This document shows, piece by piece, positions 1 to 7,190 of a stretch of 32,637 bases of DNA (position 1 is its first letter; each line of letters starts with the position of its first letter). The position numbers and the translations under genes are program-made. Below the pieces are notes generated by a model. It ran no database searches and was not told where the DNA came from. It saw only the letters and a list, made by a program, of their open reading frames with translations. Origin of the DNA: a virus (lineage: Duplodnaviria > Caudoviricetes); IMG/VR virus record IMGVR_UViG_3300037722_001641, positions 1 through 32,637 of that record. One strand, 5' to 3'.

Positions 1-1
1 C

Positions 2-265
2 ACGTTCCGGCGCTACCGCGGCGGCGCGGGCTTCGGCGTGCCGACCGACAAGGCCTATCTCTATCCCGAGGGCGTCGAGGGCCTCTTCGAGATCTACCAC
101 GCCCCGGCCGACACCTTCGAGACGGTGAACACCCTCGGCCTGCCGCTCTACGCCCGCACCATCCCCGACCGGGATCGCGACGAATGGGTGCGGCTCGAGA
201 TCGAGTCGAACCCGCTGCCGATCTGCACCCGCCCGCAGGTGCTGCGCAGCGCAAGGCGGACGTGA
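2..265 (+). CDS. Phage major capsid protein (lambda gpE-like), C-terminal part; 5' end outside window
   Basis: Open frame from the window edge: TFRRYRGG...APADTFETVNTLGLPLYAR...EIESNPLPICTRP, the typical gpE-family C-terminus. TGATG overlap with the next gene. Confidence 0.85.
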   Translation, partial: TFRRYRGGAGFGVPTDKAYLYPEGVEGLFEIYHAPADTFETVNTLGLPLYARTIPDRDRDEWVRLEIESNPLPICTRPQVLRSARRT

Positions 266-576
266 TGTCCGCCCTCGCGACCGCCCTCGATGCGCTCTTC
301 GCCGACGGAAACATCGGGCGGGATGCGGTCTACACGCCCGCCGCCGGGATCCCGTTCCCGGTGCGGGTGATCGCGCGGCGGGGCGATCTGGTCTCGGAGT
401 TCGCCGAGCGCCGGGTCGCCGCGGCCACGGTGGTGCTGGATCTGCGCCTGAGCGAGGTGCCGGACCCGCGGGCGGGCGACCGGATCGAGCTTGGGGGCGA
501 GGTGCTCACCGTCCAGGGCGCGCCGATCCGCGACAGCGAGCGGCTGGTCTGGACCCTCGACACCCGGCCGGCATGA
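265..576 (+). CDS. Phage head-tail joining protein
   Basis: ATG at 265 overlaps the capsid stop. 103 aa (MSALATALDALFAD...PIRDSERLVWTLDTRPA). Position directly after the capsid gene. Confidence 0.75.
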   Translation: MSALATALDALFADGNIGRDAVYTPAAGIPFPVRVIARRGDLVSEFAERRVAAATVVLDLRLSEVPDPRAGDRIELGGEVLTVQGAPIRDSERLVWTLDTRPA

Positions 577-586
577 GGAGGCCGAT

Positions 587-1258
587 ATGCACCTGCGAGC
601 CGCCATCCGCGGTGATCTCGAGCGGATCATGGCCGAGGAGCTGGCGATCGCCGCGGCGGGTGTCACCGCTGGGGTGGCGGCGGCCGCGGCGGGGCTGAAG
701 GCCGAGCTTCGGCGCCAGGTCACCGCATCGGGGCTCGGCGCGCGGCTGGCGAAGAGCTGGCGCAGCAGCGTCTATCCCGCGCGGGGCACCAGTCTCGGGG
801 CGGCCGGGGTGGTCTGGTCGAAGGCGCCGCATATCGTGCGGGCCTTCGACGAGGGGGCGCTGATCCGGAGCCGCTCCGGGCTCTGGCTGGCGATCCCGAC
901 TTCCAATGCCCCGAAGAAGGGCCTTGGCGGCAAGCGGATCAGTCCGGCCAATTTTCCCGAGCACCGCTATGGGCGGCTGCGCTTCGTCTGGCGCCCGCGC
1001 GGGCCGTCGCTGCTCGTGGTCGACGACGTGCGCGTCGGCGCCTCCGGCCGGGTCGGGCGCCGGGCAAAGGATCCGCGGCTGAAGTCGGGCGCGTTGCGCA
1101 AGGGACTGGCCACGGTGGCGATGTTCCTGCTGGTGCCCCAGGTGCGGTTGCGCAAGCGCCTCGACATCGCAGGCGCGGCGGCGCACTGGGAGCGCCGCCT
1201 GGCCGCCCTGATCACCGGCGAAATGGTCCGGCTCGAGAGGGCCGGAGAGCGGCAGTGA
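587..1258 (+). CDS. DUF6441-like phage neck/tail-completion protein
   Basis: RBS GAGGAG before ATG 587. Basic 223-aa protein (GLKAELRRQV...GLGARLAKSWRS...FLLVPQVRLRKRLD) recalled from alphaproteobacterial prophages; synteny. Confidence 0.7.
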   Translation: MHLRAAIRGDLERIMAEELAIAAAGVTAGVAAAAAGLKAELRRQVTASGLGARLAKSWRSSVYPARGTSLGAAGVVWSKAPHIVRAFDEGALIRSRSGLWLAIPTSNAPKKGLGGKRISPANFPEHRYGRLRFVWRPRGPSLLVVDDVRVGASGRVGRRAKDPRLKSGALRKGLATVAMFLLVPQVRLRKRLDIAGAAAHWERRLAALITGEMVRLERAGERQ

Positions 1259-1725
1259 CCACAAGGCGGGAGACCGCGATCGCGGCGGTGTTCGCCAGGC
1301 TGCAGGGTCTCGCCACGGCGGCGGGCCCCAGCGTCACCCGGAGCGAGGTGCTGCCCGAGCACTGCCCGGCGGGCGGGCTGGTCAACCTGCGCGAGGGCGA
1401 GCCCGAGCTCATCGACGAGACCCTCGGCGTGGTGACGCTGCATTTCTCGGAGGAGCTGCAGTTCGAGCTGATCGTCGCGGGCGCGGATGGCCCGGCGCGG
1501 GCGGCGGCGCTCGATACGCTGGCCACGGCCCTGGCGGCGGCGCTCGACCTCGACCCGGACGCGGGCGGCGATCCGACGATGGGTGGCGCCATGGACCACG
1601 CGCGGCTCATGCCGCTGCGCTCGGTCGAGGATCTGCCGGTCGCCGGCGCCGCGGCCCTGAAGGCGGCGATCCTGCCGCTCGGGATCGATTATGTGACCGG
1701 ACCAAACCCGATGGAGGATGTCTGA
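1255..1725 (+). CDS. Putative tail terminator protein (family often mis-annotated as acyl-CoA transferase)
   Basis: GTGA overlap with the previous stop. 156 aa (TTRRETAIAAV...EVLPE..PAGGLVNLREGEP). Sits immediately before the tail tube gene. Confidence 0.65.
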   Translation: MTTRRETAIAAVFARLQGLATAAGPSVTRSEVLPEHCPAGGLVNLREGEPELIDETLGVVTLHFSEELQFELIVAGADGPARAAALDTLATALAAALDLDPDAGGDPTMGGAMDHARLMPLRSVEDLPVAGAAALKAAILPLGIDYVTGPNPMEDV

Positions 1726-1726
1726 T

Positions 1727-2698
1727 ATGGCAACTGCCTATGGCCGCGACGCCGTCCTGATGATGCGGCGCCAGGCGGATTTCGACAACCCGGAGGCGGC
1801 CGCGCCGCCGGGATACGTCAGGCTGCCCTATTACGAGGCGACGCTGGGCTCGCGCCGCGAGCAGGGCACCGATCCGGCACTCCCCGATGGCCGGCTGCCG
1901 GCGGTGATCGACCGCGGGCTGAGGACGGCGGACGGCAACCTCGTCGTGCCGCTGCACCTCGCCTCGATCGGCTGGCACCTGTTCGGTCTGCTCGGCGCAC
2001 CGGTCACCACCGGCGCCGGGCCCTACACCCATACGTTCTCGGCGCAAGACACCGACGCCCCGGTGTTCCACAGCTTCGGCATCAGTCACGCCAGGATCGG
2101 GGTGCATTTCGGGTATCATGGCTTCGCCTACAACACGCTGCAGGTCTCGGCCGCGAAGCAGTCACCCCGCCAGCGCATGACCTTCGGCCTCTTGGGGAAG
2201 GCGGAGGTGAAGCTCGGGGCGACGCTGGACGCAAGCCCCGTCGCCGAGACCTCCGACCCGGTGGCGCAGAGCTGGACCGGCGAGGTGCTGAAGGACGGCG
2301 CGCCCATCGGCGCCGTGACGAGCATGGAGTTCAACTACGCAAACGGTCACGAGCCCGACCAGGAGACAATTACGGGCGACGCGAACCCCGCCGGCATCGA
2401 CGAGGGACGGATCGCGCTCTCGGGGTCGCTGACCACCCGCTTCGTCGATGCGATGTGGTACGACCTGGCCAGGGCCGGCACGCTCTTCGATCTCGCCATG
2501 CGCTGGGCGGTCGGCGCGGACTCGCTGGCCCTGACCGCCCACAACGTCCAGCTGGCCGAGGACCGGGTGCCGGTCCAGGGCGGCGGCGGGCCGATCACCA
2601 CCAGCTGGTCCTTCCAGGCCGACAGGCCGGATCCCGGCACACCGCCCTTCCGGACGGTGCTGGTGAACGGGCGCGCCGACTACGCGATGCCGGTCTGA
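1727..2698 (+). CDS. Phage tail tube (major tail) protein
   Basis: RBS GGAGG 9 nt upstream of ATG 1727. Motifs ADGNLVVPL, GAPVTTGAGPYTHTF, GGPITTSWSFQA. Precedes the chaperone and tape measure genes. Confidence 0.85.
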   Translation: MATAYGRDAVLMMRRQADFDNPEAAAPPGYVRLPYYEATLGSRREQGTDPALPDGRLPAVIDRGLRTADGNLVVPLHLASIGWHLFGLLGAPVTTGAGPYTHTFSAQDTDAPVFHSFGISHARIGVHFGYHGFAYNTLQVSAAKQSPRQRMTFGLLGKAEVKLGATLDASPVAETSDPVAQSWTGEVLKDGAPIGAVTSMEFNYANGHEPDQETITGDANPAGIDEGRIALSGSLTTRFVDAMWYDLARAGTLFDLAMRWAVGADSLALTAHNVQLAEDRVPVQGGGGPITTSWSFQADRPDPGTPPFRTVLVNGRADYAMPV

Positions 2699-2700
2699 TC

Positions 2701-3264
2701 ATGGCGATTTCCCTGAGGAAGGCGCTGACCGAGGAACGCAGCCTGGATCTGGGCCGCGGTGTCACCGTCCGCGTGAAGCCGGTCGGGTTCGCCAGGTTCG
2801 CGCGGCTGAACGCGGAATCGCTGATGCGCGCCCAGGCCGAGCTGGCGGCGGCGGGCGCGGGCGAGCCATCGTCCGGCGCCGTCGCCGTCCTGAGCCAGAA
2901 GCACCTGGATGCGGCGCTGATCGTCGAGTCGATCACCGGCTGGGACGGCGTCGAGGGCGAGGATGGCCTGCCGGCCCCGGTCACCGCCGAGGCCTGGGCG
3001 CTGTTCGCGGATCTCTGCCCCGATCTCGCCTCGATCGTGGTCGCCGAGATCCGCCACCCCGGGATCCTGGCGGTCTATGAGGGAAACGCATCCGCGCCCT
3101 CGCCGAATGGCGCGCCGGCGGGGGCGCGGAACATTGCCGCGGCTGCGCCGAATTTGCCGGCGACCCGCGCTTCACCTGCTCCCGGTACGGCGGCGCGGGC
3201 GCGTGCCCCGAGGAAGAACACCGACCGGTCACCGGGGAAGGGCGCGACTTCGCCGAGGCCGTGA
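2701..3264 (+). CDS. Tail assembly chaperone (lambda gpG analogue), zero-frame product
   Basis: 187 aa between tube and tape measure. ITGWDGVEGEDGLPAPVT motif. In-frame slippery heptamer G GGA AAC followed by a low-complexity tail. Confidence 0.8.
   Translation: MAISLRKALTEERSLDLGRGVTVRVKPVGFARFARLNAESLMRAQAELAAAGAGEPSSGAVAVLSQKHLDAALIVESITGWDGVEGEDGLPAPVTAEAWALFADLCPDLASIVVAEIRHPGILAVYEGNASAPSPNGAPAGARNIAAAAPNLPATRASPAPGTAARARAPRKNTDRSPGKGATSPRP
3081..3130 (+). other. Programmed -1 ribosomal frameshift signal (slippery heptamer plus hairpin)
   Basis: GGGAAAC at 3081-3087 in X XXY YYZ phase. 15-bp stem 3091-3105/3116-3130 (one G-U pair), 10-nt loop. Confidence 0.85.
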
Positions 3265-3449
3265 GGCTGGCGGAGGGGCAGCTGCGCTTCACCGGGATGG
3301 GCGGTGTCGCGGGCATGGACCTGCCGGCGGTGATCGAGGTGGTCGCCGCCGCCGGCGTCGACCGGGCGAGCGCCTGGGTGCTGGCGCCCTGGTACGAGCA
3401 GGGCATGGTCGCCGGCTTCAACACCCGGCGCGGCCAGGGAGGGCGATGA
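3081..3449 (+). CDS. -1 frame extension of the tail chaperone (gpGT analogue; full product 2701-3449, ~249 aa)
   Basis: The -1 frame from the heptamer is open to 3449: RIRALAEWRAGGGAEHCRGC...TC...ACPEEEHRPVT...GQLRF...GMDLPAV. It stops 1 nt before the tape measure ATG. Confidence 0.85.
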   Translation, partial: GKRIRALAEWRAGGGAEHCRGCAEFAGDPRFTCSRYGGAGACPEEEHRPVTGEGRDFAEAVRLAEGQLRFTGMGGVAGMDLPAVIEVVAAAGVDRASAWVLAPWYEQGMVAGFNTRRGQGGR

Positions 3450-3450
3450 C

Positions 3451-5553
3451 ATGGCCGTGAAACCCGTCGTCATCCGGCTGTCGACCGAGAACGCCGAGGT
3501 GGTCAAGGCGGCGCTGAAGGATCTGGGCGCCGACGGCCGGCGGGCGCTCGCCCAGATCGAATCCGCCGGCAAGCCCGCCAGCCGCGGCCTGCAGGCGGTC
3601 AACGCCGCCGCGCTGGAGGCGGACAGGGGGCTGGGACGGATCTCGGCGCAGGCCGGTGGCCTGAGCCGGATCACCGCCGCCATCGGACCCATCGGTATTG
3701 CCATGGGCGTGGTCGCCGGCGCCGCGACGGCGCTGGCCTTCGCGGCGCGCAATGCGACGGGCGAGATCGCGGCGATCGGGGATGCCGCCGACCGGGCGGG
3801 GGTGAGCGCCGAGACCTTCGAGGAGCTGCGCGCGGCGCTCTTCCAGGTCGGCCAGGGCGACAAGGCCGAGAGCCTCGAGACCGCGGTCGCGGCGCTGAAC
3901 AAGCGCATCGGCGAGGCGCGTGCCGGCGTCGGCGAAGCGGTGCGGCTGTTCGGGGCGCTGAACATCCAGCTGGAGGATGCCGAAGGAGCCCGCAGCTTCG
4001 AGGATGTTCTGGGAGACATCGCCGACCGCTTCCAGGACATGGACCAGGCGCAGCGCCTGGCGCTGGGGCAGAAGCTGGGCGAGGAGGCCTTCCGCAGCCT
4101 GGTTCCGGTGCTGCAACAGGGATCCGATGGCCTGCGCGAGATGGCCGAGGAAGCCCGGCGGGTGGGGCTGGTGTTCGGCGGTGAGACGATCCGCCGCGCG
4201 CAGGAGATGAACGCCGCCTTCGAGCTGCAGTCCCGGATCATCGACGTGCAGCTGAAGACGGCCTTCCTGGAGGCGGGGCCCGCGCTCGTCACCCTGACCC
4301 AGAACGTGGCCGAGGCGGCGCCGGTGATCCTTGCCTTCGTGAACACGGTGGCGAGTGGCATTGCGGCGCTCGGCGAGCTGCTGGGGTTGACCGAACGGCC
4401 GCTGAGGCTGCAACTCGCGGACAGCGTTGCGGAATTGCGCGAGGTCCAGGATGCTATCGCCGAGATCGCCTCGGCCCCGGCGCCGACCGGTCCCCTGGCC
4501 GGATTTCTGGGCGGGCGCCGGACCGAGCAGCTGCGGCCGCTGCGTGAGCGCGAGTCGACATTGCTGGCGCAGACGCGCGCCATCAGCGAGCAGCTGGAAG
4601 GCCAGCGCGCGGCGGCCGAGGCGATGGCGCGGATCGGCCGTTTCGAGCCGATCCAGATCGACCTTGGCACCGGCACCGGCGGCGGGGGCGCGCAGGCGAG
4701 CGCGTTCCAGAAGGCGATCGAGCAGGTCGAGAAGCAGATCGAGCAGCAGCGCCTGGCGCGCCAGGTGATCGGGCTGACCGCCGGCGAGACCGCGCGGCTC
4801 AGGGCCGAGACGATGCTGCTGGCGGCGGCGCAGGCCGAGTTCGGCACCATCACCGAACAGACCCGGATCGACATCCACGTGCTGGCCGAGCGGCTGGCGC
4901 AGCAGACCCGGAGCACCCATGACGCGGCCGAGGCCGAGAAGCGCTGGGAGGAGGCGACCAGGCGCCGCGCCGAGGCCCAGGCCGAGGCGGCGCGCGTCAC
5001 CACCGAAGCGATCGAGAGCATCGGCGACGTGATGGCGCAGGTCCTGACCGGGACCACCGACGCCTGGCGCCAGCTGCTGGCGGTCGCGCTGCAGGCGGTG
5101 GCCGGGTCCGGCCCTCTCGGCGGGCTCGTCAACCAGCTCCTGAATGTGACCGGCGGTGGCCTGATCGCGGCGATCGGCGGCATCAACTCGGTCCATGCCC
5201 CGGTGACGAGCCCGCTGCCGGTGCCGCGCCCCATGTCGCACCCCGGCGGCGCCTTCGGGGCCGATTTTACCATCGGCGGCGCCGGCGGGGTCGATTCGCG
5301 CCTCCTGATGATGCCGGTCTCGCCCGGCGAGCGGGTGCGGGTGGATTCGCAGCCCTCGCGCCGGGAGGCGGGCGCCGGCGCCTCGGTGGTGATCCACCAG
5401 AGCTGGGAGATCTCCGGCTCCGACGAGGCGGCGGTCGAGGCCGCGCTCGCGCGCCACCGCGGCACCTTCGCGCGCGACGCCGAGGCCGCCGCGATCCGGG
5501 CGATCCTGCGCGCCAAGCAAGGTGCCAGGGGCACGCTCGGGCGCCTGCTCTGA
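3451..5553 (+). CDS. Tail tape measure protein
   Basis: 700 aa, Ala/Glu/Gln-rich helical composition; follows the G/GT chaperone; RBS GGAGG upstream. Confidence 0.9.
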   Translation: MAVKPVVIRLSTENAEVVKAALKDLGADGRRALAQIESAGKPASRGLQAVNAAALEADRGLGRISAQAGGLSRITAAIGPIGIAMGVVAGAATALAFAARNATGEIAAIGDAADRAGVSAETFEELRAALFQVGQGDKAESLETAVAALNKRIGEARAGVGEAVRLFGALNIQLEDAEGARSFEDVLGDIADRFQDMDQAQRLALGQKLGEEAFRSLVPVLQQGSDGLREMAEEARRVGLVFGGETIRRAQEMNAAFELQSRIIDVQLKTAFLEAGPALVTLTQNVAEAAPVILAFVNTVASGIAALGELLGLTERPLRLQLADSVAELREVQDAIAEIASAPAPTGPLAGFLGGRRTEQLRPLRERESTLLAQTRAISEQLEGQRAAAEAMARIGRFEPIQIDLGTGTGGGGAQASAFQKAIEQVEKQIEQQRLARQVIGLTAGETARLRAETMLLAAAQAEFGTITEQTRIDIHVLAERLAQQTRSTHDAAEAEKRWEEATRRRAEAQAEAARVTTEAIESIGDVMAQVLTGTTDAWRQLLAVALQAVAGSGPLGGLVNQLLNVTGGGLIAAIGGINSVHAPVTSPLPVPRPMSHPGGAFGADFTIGGAGGVDSRLLMMPVSPGERVRVDSQPSRREAGAGASVVIHQSWEISGSDEAAVEAALARHRGTFARDAEAAAIRAILRAKQGARGTLGRLL

Positions 5554-5569
5554 GAGGAGACAAGAGACC

Positions 5570-6160
5570 ATGCCGCTCGAGCCCCCCGCCGCGCTGGCCG
5601 CGGCGCAGATCACGTTTCGCCTCTCGGACACCCAGTCGGAGAGCCGGAGCCCGTTCACCCGCACCAGCGAGCGCTTCGACTGGGGGCGCCAGATCTGGCT
5701 GGCCGAGGTGCGTTTTTCGCGGCGCCAGGCGGCCGCGGCGGCGGCGCTGCGCGGCTTTCTCGCGCGGCTCGGCGGCACCCGCGAGAGCTTCTGGCTCGGC
5801 GATCCGGCTGCCGCCCTGCCGCAGGGCACGCAGACCGCGGATTTCGTGCTGGCGGCGGGCGCGGCGCCCGGCGATGTCGCGCTCAGTGTCACCATGGGCG
5901 CCGGCGCGACGCTCAAGGCCGGCGACTATCTGCAACTCGGCGAGCGGCTGCACCTGATGACCGGGGACGCCACCGCCGACGGCTCCGGCGCGGCGACGCT
6001 CCCGATCTGGCCGGCGGTGCGCGACACGCAATCGCCGGGCGCCATCGTCAGGTCGACGAACGCGCGCGGCGCCTGGCGGTTGGCCGATCCCGACCGGTCC
6101 TACGCCGTCGCCCCCGCCGGCTTCTACACCGTCGCGCTCAATCTGGTGGAGGCGATATGA
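5570..6160 (+). CDS. Putative distal tail protein
   Basis: RBS AGGAG; 196 aa with SRSPFT...W...FLARLGG...TLKAGDYLQLG...LPIWPAVR. First gene after the tape measure. Confidence 0.7.
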   Translation: MPLEPPAALAAAQITFRLSDTQSESRSPFTRTSERFDWGRQIWLAEVRFSRRQAAAAAALRGFLARLGGTRESFWLGDPAAALPQGTQTADFVLAAGAAPGDVALSVTMGAGATLKAGDYLQLGERLHLMTGDATADGSGAATLPIWPAVRDTQSPGAIVRSTNARGAWRLADPDRSYAVAPAGFYTVALNLVEAI

Positions 6161-6711
6161 CCCGGGCGCTGACGGCCGCCGTCGAGGCCGAGATCGAACT
6201 CGGCTATCACAGGCCGTTCCGGCTCTTCTTCGGCGACTTCCCGACGCCGTGGCGGACCTGGACCGGCTACGGGACGCTGATCTGGGGCGGCCACGAGTGG
6301 GTGGGGATCGGCGACGCGCTGAAGATGAGCGCCAGCGAGGAGACCGTCGATACCGGCGGCGAGGGGCTGGAGCTGGTCCTCTCGGGGGTCGATCCGGCCA
6401 AATTGTCGCTGGTGCTGTCCCAGGACATCTCGGGGCGCGACGTGGAGATCTGGTTCGGCTTCCTGGACGCCTCCAACGCCATCATCCCCGATCCCTGGCT
6501 CGAATATGCCGGCCTCGCGGATCTGCTGTCGCATACCGAGGACGGCCGTTCGGCGACCCTCGGCCTGCGCCTGGAGACGCCCTGGTCCGACACCGATGCG
6601 ACGAATTTCCGCTACACCGACGCGAGCCAGAAGGGCCTCTTTCCCGGCGACGAGTTCTTCGGCTTCGCCGCCCGGCACTCGATCCAGCCCTCGACCTGGA
6701 TCGTCAAGTGA
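6157..6711 (+). CDS. Minor tail / hub-like protein
   Basis: ATGA overlap. 184 aa with WTGYGTLIWGGHEWVGIG and RYTDASQKGLFPGDEFFGF, a pattern typical of siphophage tail-tip genes. Confidence 0.7.
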   Translation: MTRALTAAVEAEIELGYHRPFRLFFGDFPTPWRTWTGYGTLIWGGHEWVGIGDALKMSASEETVDTGGEGLELVLSGVDPAKLSLVLSQDISGRDVEIWFGFLDASNAIIPDPWLEYAGLADLLSHTEDGRSATLGLRLETPWSDTDATNFRYTDASQKGLFPGDEFFGFAARHSIQPSTWIVK

Positions 6712-6737
6712 CTCGTCGAGCACGGGAGATTCCAGCC

Positions 6738-7190
6738 ATGCGGCGGCGCGAGGACTGGCCGCGGCGCCTCGACGCCGTGCTGCGGGCGGCGCGGCGGCGC
6801 CCCTTCGTCTGGGGCGAGCACGATTGCTGCCTGTTCGCGGCCGATGTGGTGGACGCCATGTGCGCCACCGACCCCGCGGCCGCGATCGCGGCGCGGTTCC
6901 GCGGCCGCTACAGGACCTCGCGCGGCGCGCGGGGCCTGCTCGCCCGCCTCGGCGGCATCGACGGCCTGATGACGAAGGTGGCCCTCGGTCCCGAGGTCGC
7001 GCCCCTCATGGCGCAGCGCGGCGACGTGGTGGCGCTGGCGCCGCCGGAGGGGGACGCGGGCGCCGGGGTGATGCTGGGCATCTGCATCGGCGGGCAGATC
7101 GCGGGCGCCGCGCCCGCGGGGTTCTGCCTGGTACCGCTGGCGGCCGGCCGGCGCGCCTGGCGGGTGGGCGGGGGCGAGGCCGGGCCATGA
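6738..7190 (+). CDS. NlpC/P60-like tail-associated protein (DUF6950-like)
   Basis: RBS GGAG. DWPRRL...PFVWGEHDCCLFAADVVDAM...FRGRYRT...AQRGDVV...AWRV. Confidence 0.75.
   Translation: MRRREDWPRRLDAVLRAARRRPFVWGEHDCCLFAADVVDAMCATDPAAAIAARFRGRYRTSRGARGLLARLGGIDGLMTKVALGPEVAPLMAQRGDVVALAPPEGDAGAGVMLGICIGGQIAGAAPAGFCLVPLAAGRRAWRVGGGEAGP

Noticed and set aside
6506-7186. N-terminal extension making the tip protein 1206 aa (similar extensions for ORFs at 184, 491, 2455, 10110, 10652, 17587, 19164)
   Set aside because: The extensions overlap neighbouring real genes; RBS or stop/start overlaps support the downstream starts used.
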